This document shows, piece by piece, positions 1 to 10,763 of a DNA stretch of 64,000 nucleotides. The position numbers were made by a program, and so were the translations under genes. Every line of letters starts with the position of its first letter. Position 1 is the first letter of the stretch. The notes beneath the pieces are model-generated. The model was not told the origin of the DNA. It saw nothing but the letters and a program-made list of their open reading frames with translations, and ran no database searches. Source of the DNA: Candidatus Binatia bacterium (lineage in GTDB: Bacteria > Desulfobacterota > Binatia > UBA9968 > JAJDTQ01); assembly GCA_963666515.2 (NCBI GenBank), contig OY762897.2, positions 4,480,001 to 4,544,000 on the forward strand, written 5' to 3'.

Positions 1-1403
1 ATGTCCGCCTCCCGGGTGAGGTCGAACCGGAACGAGGGCGGGGACGCCACGAGGTCGCGCTCGGAAGAGCGCTTCACCTCGAGCCCGAGGGATTCGATGA
101 TGCCGCGAATGCGCTCCCGCGGCAGCTCCACCCCCAGGGCGCGCTTGACGCTGGCGTGCCGCAGCGTGATGTCGGGCGGTTTGCGGGCGCCGGGATAGGC
201 GTCGGCGAACCCCGGCGCCACCCGGGCCTCGCCCATTTCCTCCCACAGCGCCGCCGCCCGGTCCATGGCGTAACGCGTCCCTTCGGGGTCGACGCCCCGC
301 TCGAACCGGTGGGAGGCCTCGGTATGCATGCCCATGCGCTTGGCCGTCCGCCGGATGGTCAGCGGGTCGAAGTGGGCGCTCTCCAGCAGCACGGATTCCG
401 TTTCCCCGGTCACCTCCGAGCCCGCGCCGCCCATGACGCCGGCCAGGGCCGCCGGGGTGTCGCCGTCGCAGATCAGCAGGTCGTCGGGATGGAGCGCCCG
501 TTCCGATCCGTCGAGGGTGGTCAGCGTGCTCGACTCCCCGGCGGTGCGGACCACGATGCGCCGGCTGGTGATCTGTCCCGCGTCGAAGGCGTGCAGGGGC
601 TGGCCGGTCTCCAGCATGACGTAGTTGGTGACGTCCACGATGTGGTTGATGGAGCGGATGCCGCAGGCTTCGAGCCGGAAGCGGAGCCACGGCGGCGACG
701 GCGCCGGGCGGAGCCCGTGAATGAGCCGAGCCGAGTAGCGCGGGCACAGCGCCGGGTCCGCGACCTCCACCGACACCGGTATCGTCGGCGGGTGTTGGCG
801 GAGGTGGTCGGGGATGGCGGGGACCCGGAGCCTGCCTCCGGTCAGCGCGGCGATCTCCCGGGCCAGGCCCAGGACGCTGAGGCAGTCGCCGCGGTTGGGC
901 GTGACGCTCACCTCCAGCATCCAGTCGTCCAGGCCCAAGTACTCGTGCAGCGGCGCGCCCGCGGGGGCGTCGCCGGGCAACTCCATGACGCCCCGGTGAT
1001 CGTCGGAAAGCCCCAGCTCCTTCTCGGAGCAGAGCATGCCCTCCGAGGGGACTCCCCGGATGGGGCGCCGCTCGATGGCCTGCCCGGACGGCAGCACGGA
1101 GCCTACCCGCAGGAACGCGGTCTTCAGGCCCGGCCGGACGTTGGGCGCGCCGCATACGATGCGCAACGGTTCGCCGCGGTCGTGGACTTCGCATACCGAC
1201 AGCCGGTCGGCATCGGGATGGGGCCGGACGTCGGTCACCTCGACGACCACCGCGCCGGCGTCGTCCGACAGCGGCTTGACCGCCTCCACCTCCAGGCCCG
1301 CGTGGGTCAGCCGCTCGGCCAGCTCGTCCGGTCCGAAGGATCCGCCGCCGGCTGCGCCGGGGACCTCCACCCACTCCATCAGCCAGTTGAAAGTCAGCTT
1401 CAT
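1..1403 (-). CDS. pheT: Phenylalanine--tRNA ligase beta subunit (5' part; runs off the window start)
   Basis: Not in the ORF track. Reverse complement from the ATG at 1403 reads MKLTFNWLMEWVEV...; contains HPDADRL, GMLCSEKELG, TPNRGDCLS and VVDVTNYVMLETGQPLHAFD motifs; lies directly after pheS. Confidence 0.95.
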   Translation of the reverse strand, partial: MKLTFNWLMEWVEVPGAAGGGSFGPDELAERLTHAGLEVEAVKPLSDDAGAVVVEVTDVRPHPDADRLSVCEVHDRGEPLRIVCGAPNVRPGLKTAFLRVGSVLPSGQAIERRPIRGVPSEGMLCSEKELGLSDDHRGVMELPGDAPAGAPLHEYLGLDDWMLEVSVTPNRGDCLSVLGLAREIAALTGGRLRVPAIPDHLRQHPPTIPVSVEVADPALCPRYSARLIHGLRPAPSPPWLRFRLEACGIRSINHIVDVTNYVMLETGQPLHAFDAGQITSRRIVVRTAGESSTLTTLDGSERALHPDDLLICDGDTPAALAGVMGGAGSEVTGETESVLLESAHFDPLTIRRTAKRMGMHTEASHRFERGVDPEGTRYAMDRAAALWEEMGEARVAPGFADAYPGARKPPDITLRHASVKRALGVELPRERIRGIIESLGLEVKRSSERDLVASPPSFRFDLTREAD

Positions 1404-1425
1404 GGTCGATTCGCGAGGCAGGACG

Positions 1426-2487
1426 CTAGGGCGGGAACTGTCTCAGGAAGCGGATGTCGTTCTGGAAGAACATCCGGATGTCGTCCATGCCGTACTTCAG
1501 CATGGCGATGCGCTCCACCCCCATGCCGAACGCGAAGCCCGAGAAGGTCTCGGTATCGTACCCCACGAAGCCGAACACGTTGGGGTCGATCATCCCCGAG
1601 CCGAGGATCTCCAGCCAGCCTGACCCCCGGCACACGCGGCAGTGGCCGGCGTCCTCGCTCTGCGGACCTTCGGTCCGCATGCTACCGCGGCACAGGATGC
1701 AGCCGATGTCCACCTCGGCGCTGGGCTCGGTGAACGGGAAGAAGCTCGGGCGGAAGCGCACGCGCACCTCGTCCTGGAATATCCGTTCGAGGAAGTGGGT
1801 CAGCACCCCCTTGAGGTCCCCGAAGGTGATGTCGTGGTCCACCATGAAGCCCTCCACCTGGTGGAACACGGGCGAGTGGGTGGCGTCGTCGTCGTGGCGG
1901 TAGACCGCGCCGGGCGCGATGATCTGGAGCGGCGGCCGGCGTTGCTCCATCACGCGGATCTGAACCGGTGAGGTGTGGGTGCGGAGCACGTGGTCGTCCG
2001 ACACGAAGAAGGTGTCCTGCATGTCCCGGGCTGGATGATCCCTGGGAATGTTGAGCGCCTCGAAGTTGTGGTAGTCGTCCTCCACGTCCGGCCCGCGGGC
2101 GATCTCGAACCCCATGCCGGTGAAGACGTCGATGATCTCGTCCGTGACCCGGGTGAGGGGATGCACGCGGCCCCGCTCCAGGCGGTTGCCGGGCAGCGTC
2201 ACGTCGAGCCGGGGGCCGCCGTCGAGCAGGCTCTCCCGGCTTTCCCGGAGATCCTTGAGGCGTGAGTCGAGAAGCCCTTCCAGTTCCGCCCGCCGCCGGT
2301 TCAGCTCCTGGCCGGCGCGCGGCCGCTCCTCGGCCGGCAGCTCCCCGAGCCCGCGCAGCAGCGCGGTGAGCCGCCCGCCCTTGCGGCCCAGGTAGTCGAT
2401 GCGGACCTGCTCCAGCTCCTGCTCCGAGGCGCACCGCTCGAGGCGGCCGACGACTTCCTCATGGAGCTTCTCGAGGGCTTCGATCAT
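1426..2487 (-). CDS. pheS: Phenylalanine--tRNA ligase alpha subunit
   Basis: HPARDMQDTF, LRTHTSPVQ, FPFTEPSAEVD and GFAFGMGVERIAML motifs. Confidence 0.98.
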   Translation of the reverse strand: MIEALEKLHEEVVGRLERCASEQELEQVRIDYLGRKGGRLTALLRGLGELPAEERPRAGQELNRRRAELEGLLDSRLKDLRESRESLLDGGPRLDVTLPGNRLERGRVHPLTRVTDEIIDVFTGMGFEIARGPDVEDDYHNFEALNIPRDHPARDMQDTFFVSDDHVLRTHTSPVQIRVMEQRRPPLQIIAPGAVYRHDDDATHSPVFHQVEGFMVDHDITFGDLKGVLTHFLERIFQDEVRVRFRPSFFPFTEPSAEVDIGCILCRGSMRTEGPQSEDAGHCRVCRGSGWLEILGSGMIDPNVFGFVGYDTETFSGFAFGMGVERIAMLKYGMDDIRMFFQNDIRFLRQFPP

Positions 2488-2503
2488 GGGTCGAGGCGGG
2501 GTC

Positions 2504-2935
2504 TCAGGGGTTGGACGGTTCCGCCGGATCGGGGTCCGGAGCGGCTGCCGGCTCGACGTCGGCGGCGCCTCCGCCGTCGGCGTCGAGGGCCTGCCTGGCG
2601 CACCGGGCGAGCTGGTCGAACACCGCGGCGTCGGTGGCCGCGAGATCGGCCAGGATCTTGCGGTCCAGCGCCACCCCGGCCTTCTTCAAGCCGTGGATGA
2701 GCCTGCTGTAGGACAGTCCGTTGACCCGCGCGCCGGCGCTGATGCGGACGTTCCACAAGCCCCGGAACGTTCGCTTGCGCACGCGCCGGTCCCGGTAGGC
2801 GTAGGCCAGTCCGCGCTCGACGGTCTCTCTGGCGACGCGGTACAGCCGGCGTCGGCCGCCGACGTACCCCTTGGCCAGTTTCATGATCTTTCTTCGGCGC
2901 CGGCGGGAAGCCGGTCCGCCTTTGACTCTGGGCAT
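2504..2935 (-). CDS. rplT: 50S ribosomal protein L20 with acidic Pro/Ala-rich C-terminal extension
   Basis: MPRVKGG...AKGY...[17 protein letters not shown]; start placed at ATG 2935 after SD AAGGAG. Confidence 0.97.
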   Translation of the reverse strand: MPRVKGGPASRRRRRKIMKLAKGYVGGRRRLYRVARETVERGLAYAYRDRRVRKRTFRGLWNVRISAGARVNGLSYSRLIHGLKKAGVALDRKILADLAATDAAVFDQLARCARQALDADGGGAADVEPAAAPDPDPAEPSNP

Positions 2936-3069
2936 GGCGTGTGCTCCTTGAACGAATATCAACGGGACGCTGCCGTAGAGGGCGCGCCCGAGCGCTTCGT
3001 CTGAACGGGTGTTGATGCGGAGGGTCCGCGCGGCTGTCCGCGGGACGTGAGTCGCTGCCCGGCCTCTCC

Positions 3070-3267
3070 CTACGCGTAGGGTATGAGACGCCGCATGGTC
3101 TTCGCTTCGTAGCTCGATACCGACTCGGCCTGTCTCAGGCGGCGTTTCCGCTTGCGGCTCTTGGTGGAAAGGATATGGCTCTTGAAACCGCGCCGTCTCA
3201 TGACCTTTCCGGTCTTGCTGACCTTGAACCTCTTGGCCGCTCCCCTCTTGGTCTTTATCTTGGGCAT
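3070..3267 (-). CDS. rpmI: 50S ribosomal protein L35
   Basis: [15 protein letters not shown]...HIL; sits between infC and rplT. Confidence 0.97.
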   Translation of the reverse strand: MPKIKTKRGAAKRFKVSKTGKVMRRRGFKSHILSTKSRKRKRRLRQAESVSSYEAKTMRRLIPYA

Positions 3268-3310
3268 CCTCTGTTCCTTGTCCCGTCTGTGGATTCGTTG
3301 TCCGTGTCCG

Positions 3311-3826
3311 TCAGGCGCTGGCCTTCGGCGTCAGAAGCATGGCCATGCTGCGCCCCTCCAGCTTCGGCGACACGTCCAGCTTCGCCAGGTCCTGGACCTC
3401 GTCGAAGACCCCGTTCAGCATGGCCCTGCCGAGTTCCGGGTGGGTGATCTCCCGGCCCCGGAAGAAGACCGACACCTTGACGCGCTGTCCCCGTTCGAGG
3501 AAACGCCGGATGTTCCGCACCTTGAACTCCCGGTCGTGCTGGTTGGTCCGGGCTCCCATCTTGACTTCCTTGACCGCGACGAAGGTGGCGTTGCGTTTCG
3601 CCTCCTGCGTCTTCTTCTTCTGCAGGTAGCGGAACTTTCCGTAGTCCAGCAGCCGGCACACCGGAGGCTGCGCGTCCGGAGCCACCTCCACCAGGTCGAG
3701 TTCCTGCTGCTCCGCGATTCCCAGCGCCTCATGCAACGGCATGACTCCGAGCTGCGCGCTGTCGGCGTCGATGACGCGGACCTCGCGCGCCCGGATCTGC
3801 TGGTTGATTCTCGTCGGCCGCGCTAT
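3311..3826 (-). CDS. infC: Translation initiation factor IF-3 (non-canonical ATA start)
   Basis: Frame extends 28 codons upstream of the track ORF ([20 protein letters not shown]) to an ATA preceded by SD GGAGGTG; [14 protein letters not shown] and FRGRE motifs. Confidence 0.93.
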   Translation of the reverse strand: MARPTRINQQIRAREVRVIDADSAQLGVMPLHEALGIAEQQELDLVEVAPDAQPPVCRLLDYGKFRYLQKKKTQEAKRNATFVAVKEVKMGARTNQHDREFKVRNIRRFLERGQRVKVSVFFRGREITHPELGRAMLNGVFDEVQDLAKLDVSPKLEGRSMAMLLTPKASA

Positions 3827-3869
3827 AAAGCACCTCCTGCTGGATTGCGCGCATGACGCGCGCTCGGCG

Positions 3870-5648
3870 TCACTGGGCCGGCTCCGTTTCCTGCCGCACG
3901 TCCTCCCGGAGCCTGTCGAGGAACGAGTCTACCGGCGTGGCCGGGAGGTTCTCGCCGCCGCGTTTCCTCGCCGACAGAGTCCCACTCTGCACTTCCTTGT
4001 CGCCGACCACCAGCGCGTACGGTATCTTGGCCAGTTGGGCTTCCCGTATCTTGAAACCCAGCTTCTCGTTGCGGTCGTCCAGCTCCACCCGCCATCCGTC
4101 CGCCAGCAGCCTGTCGCGCACGGCCGCGGCGTAGGGCTTCTGCTGATCCGTGACCGTCACGATGCGCGACTGCACGGGGGCCAGCCACAGGGGGAAAGCC
4201 CCCCCGGTATGCTCGATCAGCAGGGCCATGAAGCGTTCGATGGAGCCCAGTATCGCCCTGTGGATCATCACCGGCCGTTCGACCGCTCCGGTGGGTGAGA
4301 TGTAGCCAAGGTCGAACCGTTCGGGCATGGAGAAGTCGAGCTGGACCGTGCCGAGCTGCCAGCCTCGTTTCATCGCGTCCTTGACGACGAAATCGATTTT
4401 CGGGCCATAGAAGGCGCCGTCGCCTTCGCTGATCTCATAGGCTACGTTCCGTTTCTCCAGCGATGCGGCCAGTGCGGCCTCCGCCCGTTCCCAGGTCTCC
4501 AGAGCCCCCAGGTACTGGTCCGGCCTGGTGGAGAGGTAGACTTCCAGATCCTCGAAGTTGAACCTATGATACACCTCGCGAAGCATGTCAAGCAGCGAAG
4601 CGATCTCCTCCTCGATCTGCGATGGAGCGCAGAAGATGTGGGCGTCGTCCTGCGAGAAGCTCCGCACGCGCGTGAGCCCGGCGGTGACGCCGGATTTCTC
4701 GTAGCGGTGCAGCCGGCCGAAATCCGCCAGCCTGAGCGGCAGGTCCCGGTAGGAACGCTTCTTCGAGGCGTAGATGAACGTGTGGCTCGGGCAGTTCATG
4801 GGCTTCACCCCGAACTCGCGCTCGTCGACGTGGGTGAAGTACATGTCGTCCTTGTAGTGATCGTAGTGCCCCGAGCGGCGCCACAGGCCGGCGTCGAAGA
4901 TCTGCGGCGTGATCACTTCCTCGTAGCCGTAACGCACGTAGAGGCTTCGCATGTACTCCACCAGCGTGTTGTAGACGAAGGCTCCCTTGGGGTGGAAGAA
5001 CGGGCTCGCCGGCGCCGCGGGATGGAAGCTGAAGAGGTCCAGCTCCTTGCCGAGCTTGCGGTGGTCCCGCTTGCGCGCCTCCTCCAGGAGCGCCAGGTGT
5101 TCCTTCAACTGCTTCCGGGACGGGAACGCGGTGCCGTAGATGCGTTGGAGCATCTCGTTCCGCTCGTCGCCGCGCCAGTAGGCGCCGGCCACCGACGTGA
5201 GCTTGAATGCCTGGATCAGCCCGGTGCTGGGCAGGTGCGGGCCGCGGCAGAGGTCCACCCAGTCTCCCTGGCGGTAGAGCGACACGGTCTCGTCGGGAAT
5301 CCCGGAGAGGATCTCGACCTTGTAGTCCTCCCCCATGCCGCGGAACAGCTCGACGGCTTGGGCCTTCGGCACCTCCTCGCGCACGATGGACAAGTCCTGC
5401 CCCGCCAGCTCGCGCATCCGTTCCTCGATCTGCTCGATCTCCTCGGAAGAAAACGGCTTGTCGCGCTTGAAGTCGTAGTAGAAGCCGTCACGGGTGGTGG
5501 GGCCGATGGTGACCTGGGTCCCCGGGAACAGGCCCTGGACCGCCTGGGCCATGAGGTGGGCGGTGGAGTGGCGCAGGACGTCGATGCCCTCGGGGCTGTC
5601 GAGGGGGATGGTCTCGCCCCCGGCTACGGTTACGCGAATCTTGCTCAT
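3870..5648 (-). CDS. thrS: Threonine--tRNA ligase
   Basis: RHSTAHL, DLCRGPH, RDHRKLG, KPMNCP, GAFYGPKID and HRAILGS motifs. Start set at ATG 5648 because the track's extension overlaps the tRNA. Confidence 0.97.
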   Translation of the reverse strand: MSKIRVTVAGGETIPLDSPEGIDVLRHSTAHLMAQAVQGLFPGTQVTIGPTTRDGFYYDFKRDKPFSSEEIEQIEERMRELAGQDLSIVREEVPKAQAVELFRGMGEDYKVEILSGIPDETVSLYRQGDWVDLCRGPHLPSTGLIQAFKLTSVAGAYWRGDERNEMLQRIYGTAFPSRKQLKEHLALLEEARKRDHRKLGKELDLFSFHPAAPASPFFHPKGAFVYNTLVEYMRSLYVRYGYEEVITPQIFDAGLWRRSGHYDHYKDDMYFTHVDEREFGVKPMNCPSHTFIYASKKRSYRDLPLRLADFGRLHRYEKSGVTAGLTRVRSFSQDDAHIFCAPSQIEEEIASLLDMLREVYHRFNFEDLEVYLSTRPDQYLGALETWERAEAALAASLEKRNVAYEISEGDGAFYGPKIDFVVKDAMKRGWQLGTVQLDFSMPERFDLGYISPTGAVERPVMIHRAILGSIERFMALLIEHTGGAFPLWLAPVQSRIVTVTDQQKPYAAAVRDRLLADGWRVELDDRNEKLGFKIREAQLAKIPYALVVGDKEVQSGTLSARKRGGENLPATPVDSFLDRLREDVRQETEPAQ

Positions 5649-5708
5649 CCTATTCCTGTTATAGTCGGCAAAGAGCGACGGTTCTTTAGGGCAGGCAACC
5701 GCGGGGAA

Positions 5709-5783
5709 TGGTAGGCACGGGCGGGATTGAACCGCCGACCTCTTCCGCGTCAAGGAAGCGCTCTCCCACTGAGCTACGTGCCT
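5709..5783 (-). tRNA. tRNA-Val(GAC), CCA encoded
   Basis: AGGCACGTAGCTCAGTGGGAGAGCGCTTCCTTGACGCGGAAGAGGTCGGCGGTTCAATCCCGCCCGTGCCTACCA folds as a cloverleaf; anticodon arm CTTCC-TTGACGC-GGAAG. Confidence 0.96.
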
Positions 5784-5809
5784 CGATGCACCTTTGCAAA
5801 GGTCTGATT

Positions 5810-5838
5810 TTACTACCAAACGGAGGGGTCTCTGTCAA
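5810..5838 (-). promoter_or_regulatory. Probable sigma70 promoter for the tRNA-Val-thrS operon
   Basis: TTGACA-17 nt-TAGTAA on the minus strand, overlapping the hflX stop codon. Confidence 0.55.
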
Positions 5839-7163
5839 TGGCGGGGCGGCCTGCGGGAGGCCGGGACGGCGGCGTCGAGCGAGGCGGCGGCGAGTTTCCT
5901 GAGCTGCCCCGAGACCTTGGCCGTCACCAGCGCGGTGATGCGCACGTCGTCCGCGCCGTATTCTTCGTGGAGCACCTGCCCCCGGGCGCGCAGGAACGGC
6001 ACGATGACGGTCTCGGACTGCGGCAGCGTCAGGTGGATCCTCTGCTTCCCCCGGTCCAGCAGTCCGGCGATGGTTTCCAGCAGGCGCTCGACGCCCGCCC
6101 CGGTGCGGGCGGAGATGGGACAGAGGCCCTCGTGGCCGCTCTGCGGGTAGAGAGGCAGGCCCTCGGCGGCGTCGATCTTGTTGGGCACGATGAGCCGGGG
6201 GATCTCGGCCGCTCCGATGTCGTCCAGCACCGACTCGACGATGGCGAGTTGCCGTTCGGCCAGCGGGCTCGTGGGGTCCATCACGCAGAGCAGCAGGTCC
6301 GCCTCGTGGATTTCCTCCAGGGTGGCCTTGAAGGCGTCCATGAGGGTGTGGGGGATCTTGTTGATGAAGCCCACGGTGTCTACCAGCATGACCCGTTCGC
6401 CGTTGGGGAGGCGCAACGCACGGGTGCGCGGGTCGAGGGTGGCGAAGAGCTTGTCCTCCACCAGCGCCCCCGCCCGGGTGAGGCGGTTCATCAGGGTGGA
6501 CTTGCCGGCGTTGGTGTAGCCCACCAGCGCCACCGTGGGATAGGGGACGGACTCCCGTTCCTTGCGCTGAAGCCGCCGGGTCTTGGCGACGCCGTCGAGC
6601 CGCCGCTTGAGGCGGCCGATGCGCTCCCGGATGCGCCGGCGGTCCACCTCTAGCTGGGTCTCGCCCGGACCGCGCGTGCCGATGCCCCCGCCCAGCCGGG
6701 ACAGGTGCGCCCACAGCCGGGTCAGCCGGGGAAGCAGGTATTCGAGTTGGGCCAGCTCCACCTGGAGCTTGCCTTCGCGGCTCTGGGCGCGCTGAGCGAA
6801 GATGTCCAGGATGAGCTGCGTGCGGTCCACCACCCGGAGGTCCAGCGCCGACTCCAGGTTCCGTTGCTGGGCCGGGGTGAGGTCGTTGTCGAAGATGACC
6901 AGGTCGGGTTTGTGTTCCTCGGCGAAGGCGCGGACCTCGGCGACCTTGCCCGAGCCTACCAGCGTGGCGGTATGGAACCGGGCCGAATTCTGGCTGAACA
7001 CGCCGATGACCCGGGCGCCGGCGCTGGCGGCGAGTCCCCGGAGTTCCTCCAGGCTGTCCTCCAGCGGCACGCCGTCGCCGGAGGCCGGCGTGTCGGCGCC
7101 TACCAGCACGGCGCGCTCGGTTTGTCCGCCCAAAGGGTCCCGTTCGCCATTCCTGAACGTCAT
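5835..7163 (-). CDS. hflX: GTPase HflX
   Basis: [39 protein letters not shown] and NKID motifs. Start trimmed to MTFRNGE; the longer track ORF overlaps dnaE. Confidence 0.95.
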   Translation of the reverse strand: MTFRNGERDPLGGQTERAVLVGADTPASGDGVPLEDSLEELRGLAASAGARVIGVFSQNSARFHTATLVGSGKVAEVRAFAEEHKPDLVIFDNDLTPAQQRNLESALDLRVVDRTQLILDIFAQRAQSREGKLQVELAQLEYLLPRLTRLWAHLSRLGGGIGTRGPGETQLEVDRRRIRERIGRLKRRLDGVAKTRRLQRKERESVPYPTVALVGYTNAGKSTLMNRLTRAGALVEDKLFATLDPRTRALRLPNGERVMLVDTVGFINKIPHTLMDAFKATLEEIHEADLLLCVMDPTSPLAERQLAIVESVLDDIGAAEIPRLIVPNKIDAAEGLPLYPQSGHEGLCPISARTGAGVERLLETIAGLLDRGKQRIHLTLPQSETVIVPFLRARGQVLHEEYGADDVRITALVTAKVSGQLRKLAAASLDAAVPASRRPPRH

Positions 7164-7228
7164 GGGGAAAGCCGGCCTCTTCTCGACCTGTCGCTGCTGC
7201 AACGCTTCCGATCCGGCCGGGGCATCGG

Positions 7229-10200
7229 TCAGTGCGTCCTGTGCGAAATCCGTGCGCCGAACTTCCGGTGCACGGTGTCCAGCAGCCTTCTCGATGGGTT
7301 TATGCGGAAGTCGGCGGGTCCGACGACCTTGGTTTCCCGGGCGGCGGTGGTCATGTGCAGATAGACCGAGGCCGGCCCCTGCTCCCGGGCGATGAGGTCG
7401 TGGAACACATGCAGTTCTTCCCGTGTCACCCCGGTCAGGAAAAAGTGAACTTCCCGGGGAACCTTGCTCGCAGGGGCGGCGATGGCCTGCGCGCACGCTT
7501 CCTCCAGCGGAAGGATGTCGTTGGCGATCAGCGTGACGCGCTCCTCGCCCACGTCGAGCCTGCCCTTGACCCGGATGGGGTCGTCGCGTCCGATGCTGTC
7601 CGCGGTCTCCCGGTAGGTGTCGGGCCACGCGATGGTGTCCACGAACCCGGTCTTGTCCTCCAGGTTGAAGTTGGCGTAACGCTCCCCCTTCTTGGTGTTC
7701 TTGAGCTTCAGCGCCGTCACCACCCCCACCATGGTCACCTCGCCGTTGTTGCCGTGTCCCCGCACCCGGTTCGCCGGCAACACCCGCAGGCGCTTGAGAG
7801 ACTCCTCGAACCGGTCCAGCGGATGGCCCGTGATGTAGAAACCCAGGGTCTCCTTCTCGAAGGCCAGGAGCTGTCCGCCGCTCCATTCCTCGACGGACTC
7901 GTAGGCGTCCATGGGGTCGCTGGCCGGCCCCTCCAGCAGGTCGAACATGCCGAACTGGGAGCTGTCCCGGTCCCGCTGGGACGACTGCCCCGCCTTCAGG
8001 GCGTCGTCCAGCGCCGCCATGAGGCGGGCGCGGTACACGCCGGTGGAATCGAAGGCGCCGCACTTGACGAGGCTTTCGGCCACGCGCCGGTTGACCACCT
8101 TGAGGTCCACGCGCCGGCAGAAGTCCACCAGCGACTCGAACGGACCGGTCCGTTCGCGGGTCTCCTGGATCACCTCCACGGCCTTTTCGCCGACGTTCTT
8201 GACCGCGGAGAGGCCGAAGCGGATACGGTCGCCCACCACGGTGAACCGGGGGCCGCCCTCGTTGACGTCCGGCGGCAGCACCTCCACGCCCTGCTCGCGG
8301 CACTCCGCGAGGTTCTTGATCACCTTGTCCGTGTCGCCCATCTCCGAACTCATCAAGGCCGCCATGAACTCCACCGGGTAGTGCGCCTTGAGCCAGGCCG
8401 TGTGGTAGGAGACCAGCGCATAGGCGGCGGAATGGGACTTGTTGAAGCCGTAGCGCGCGAAGGTCTCCATCTGGTCGAATATCTCGGTGGCCTGGTCTTC
8501 CCGTATACCGTTGGCCTGGGCGCCTTCGATGAACCGCTGCCGCTGGCTGGCCATCTCCTCGGGGTCCTTCTTGCCCATGGCGCGGCGCAGGATGTCGGCG
8601 TCGCCGAGGCCGTAGTTGGCCAGGGTCTGGGCGATCTGCATGACCTGCTCCTGGTACACGATGACGCCGTAGGTGTCCTTCAGGATGGGCGCCAAGTCGG
8701 GATGCAGGTAGGAAACCTTCTCCTTGCCGCTCTTGCGCTTGATGTATTCTTCCGCCATCCCGCTGTCGAGCGGCCCCGGGCGGTAAAGCGCGAGGATGGC
8801 CACGAGGTCCTCGAAGCAGTTGGGCTTGATGCGCACGCTCATGTCGCGGATGCCCGTGCTTTCAAGCTGGAAGATTCCGGTGGTGTTGCCGCTGCCTACC
8901 AGGCGGTAGGCTTCCTCGTCGTCCAGGGCCAGCTTCTGGAGATCGGGCGCGGCGCCGCGGCTTTCCCGGACCAGGTCCAGGCAGTCGTGGATCAGCGTCA
9001 GCGTCTTGAGCCCCAGAAAGTCGAACTTGATGAGCCCGATCTTCTCCACGCTGGACATGTCGTACTGGGTGACGATGTTGCCGTCCCGGTCCTGGTACAG
9101 GGGCAGGCGGTCCACCAGCGGAAGGTTGGAGATCACCACCCCCGCAGCGTGGGTGGACGAGTGCCGGGTGAGGCCCTCCAGGCGTAGCGCGTGGTTGATG
9201 AGGCTGGCCACGCGCGGGTCCTCGTCCGCGAGCTGGTTCAAGCGAGGCTCCTGCTTGAGGGCTTCGGTGAGCGGGCAGTCGAACCCCTGCCGGGAAGCGG
9301 GCACCAGCTTGGCGATGGCGTCGGTCTCCCCGAACGAGAGCCCCAGGGCGCGTCCCACGTCGCGGATGGCGGCCTTGGCCTTGAGGGTCCCGAAGGTGGT
9401 GATCTGGGCCACCTTGTCGGCGCCGTACTTGTCCTTGACGTACTGGATCACCTGGTCGCGGCCGCGGATGCAGAAGTCCACGTCGATGTCCGGCATGGAG
9501 CGCCGTTCCGGGTTCAGGAAGCGCTCGAACAGCAGGTTGTGCCGGATCGGGTCGAGGTCGGTGATGCGCAGGGCGTAGGCCACCAGGCTGCCGGCCGCGG
9601 AGCCGCGTCCCGGCCCCACCGGGATGCCCTCGTCCTTGGCGTAGTTGATGAAGTCCGCGACGATGAGGAAGTAGCCCGGGAACTGCATGTCCTTGATCAC
9701 GCCAAGTTCGTAGTCGAGCCTGTCGCCATAGGCGTCGCGGTCGACGTCGCCGGCGTCCTTGAGCCGCTCGTCCAGTCCCTTGCGGGCGCACGCATCAAGG
9801 TAGTCGTCGAGACTCTCCGAGTTCGGCGCCTCGTATTGCGGGAAGTGGTACTTGCCGAACTCGATCTCCACGTCGCACCGTTCCGCGATGGCGACGCTCT
9901 GGGCCACGGCGTCCGGCACGTGCGCGAACCCCTCCAGCATCTGGCCGGTGGACTTGAGGAACAGCTCATCGGTGTCCATCTTCATCCGGTTGGGGTCGTT
10001 GTGTCCCTTGCCGGTCTGGATGCACAGCAGGATGTCGTGGGCCTGGGCGTCCTCGGGGTCCAGGTAGTGGCAGTCGTTGGTGGCGACGATGGGCAGCGAG
10101 AGGTCCTTGCCCAGCTCCAGGATGCCGGCGTTGACCTTCTCCTGGAGCGGCAGCTTGTTGTCCTGGGCCTCCAGGTAGTAGCGGTCGTCGAAGATGGCCC

Positions 10201-10702
10201 GGTAGTCCTCCGCCACCTTCCTGGCCTGGTCCATGGAGCCCAGGGTCAGGGCCTTGGCCATCTCGCCGCTCAGGCAGCCGCTCAGGGCGATGATGCCGGC
10301 GTTGAATTCCCGCAGAAGCTCCTTGTCGATGCGCGGCTTGTAGTAGAAGCCCTCGGTGAAGCCGTGCGTGACCAGCCGGCAGAGGTTCTGGTAGCCCTCG
10401 TTGTTCATGGCCAGCAGGATCAGGTGGTGGTTGTATTCCTTGTTGCCGCGGTCGACCCCCTGACGCTCGTAGCGGCTGCCCGGCGCGACGTAGACCTCGC
10501 AGCCCAGGACCGGCTTGATGCCGGCCTCCACCGCCTTCCGGTAGAACTCCACCGCGCCGAACATGTTGCCGTGGTCGGTCATGGCGATGGCCGGCTGCCC
10601 CAGGGCCTTGGCCCGCTCGATGAGCGGATCGATCTTGTTGGCGCCGTCGAGCAGGCTGTACTGGGTGTGGCAATGAAGGTGTACGAAGCTGTGGTCGCTC
10701 AT
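7229..10702 (-). CDS. dnaE: DNA polymerase III alpha subunit
   Basis: PHP domain [13 protein letters not shown]; [25 protein letters not shown] and YGFNKSH motifs. Confidence 0.98.
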   Translation of the reverse strand: MSDHSFVHLHCHTQYSLLDGANKIDPLIERAKALGQPAIAMTDHGNMFGAVEFYRKAVEAGIKPVLGCEVYVAPGSRYERQGVDRGNKEYNHHLILLAMNNEGYQNLCRLVTHGFTEGFYYKPRIDKELLREFNAGIIALSGCLSGEMAKALTLGSMDQARKVAEDYRAIFDDRYYLEAQDNKLPLQEKVNAGILELGKDLSLPIVATNDCHYLDPEDAQAHDILLCIQTGKGHNDPNRMKMDTDELFLKSTGQMLEGFAHVPDAVAQSVAIAERCDVEIEFGKYHFPQYEAPNSESLDDYLDACARKGLDERLKDAGDVDRDAYGDRLDYELGVIKDMQFPGYFLIVADFINYAKDEGIPVGPGRGSAAGSLVAYALRITDLDPIRHNLLFERFLNPERRSMPDIDVDFCIRGRDQVIQYVKDKYGADKVAQITTFGTLKAKAAIRDVGRALGLSFGETDAIAKLVPASRQGFDCPLTEALKQEPRLNQLADEDPRVASLINHALRLEGLTRHSSTHAAGVVISNLPLVDRLPLYQDRDGNIVTQYDMSSVEKIGLIKFDFLGLKTLTLIHDCLDLVRESRGAAPDLQKLALDDEEAYRLVGSGNTTGIFQLESTGIRDMSVRIKPNCFEDLVAILALYRPGPLDSGMAEEYIKRKSGKEKVSYLHPDLAPILKDTYGVIVYQEQVMQIAQTLANYGLGDADILRRAMGKKDPEEMASQRQRFIEGAQANGIREDQATEIFDQMETFARYGFNKSHSAAYALVSYHTAWLKAHYPVEFMAALMSSEMGDTDKVIKNLAECREQGVEVLPPDVNEGGPRFTVVGDRIRFGLSAVKNVGEKAVEVIQETRERTGPFESLVDFCRRVDLKVVNRRVAESLVKCGAFDSTGVYRARLMAALDDALKAGQSSQRDRDSSQFGMFDLLEGPASDPMDAYESVEEWSGGQLLAFEKETLGFYITGHPLDRFEESLKRLRVLPANRVRGHGNNGEVTMVGVVTALKLKNTKKGERYANFNLEDKTGFVDTIAWPDTYRETADSIGRDDPIRVKGRLDVGEERVTLIANDILPLEEACAQAIAAPASKVPREVHFFLTGVTREELHVFHDLIAREQGPASVYLHMTTAARETKVVGPADFRINPSRRLLDTVHRKFGARISHRTH

Positions 10703-10763
10703 GAGCCTGTGTCCCGGGCGGACCGAAGGGTCGCGCCGTTCATCCTGTTTCTCTATCGTCGCG

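Noticed and set aside
156-1733. 525-aa plus-strand ORF and many similar long antisense or alternative-frame ORFs (e.g. 7232..9187, 16741..18558, 32825..35347)
   Set aside because: Shadow ORFs of high-GC genes; Arg/Gly/Pro-rich with no recognisable motifs
5649-5819. N-terminal extension of ThrS in the ORF track
   Set aside because: It runs through tRNA-Val and is not coding
5835-8303. Apparent 822-aa HflX fusion
   Set aside because: The N-terminal part is an alternative frame of dnaE; HflX homology starts near 7163
7229-10702. Possible intein in DnaE
   Set aside because: Length (1157 aa) is normal, motifs are contiguous and no intein termini are seen
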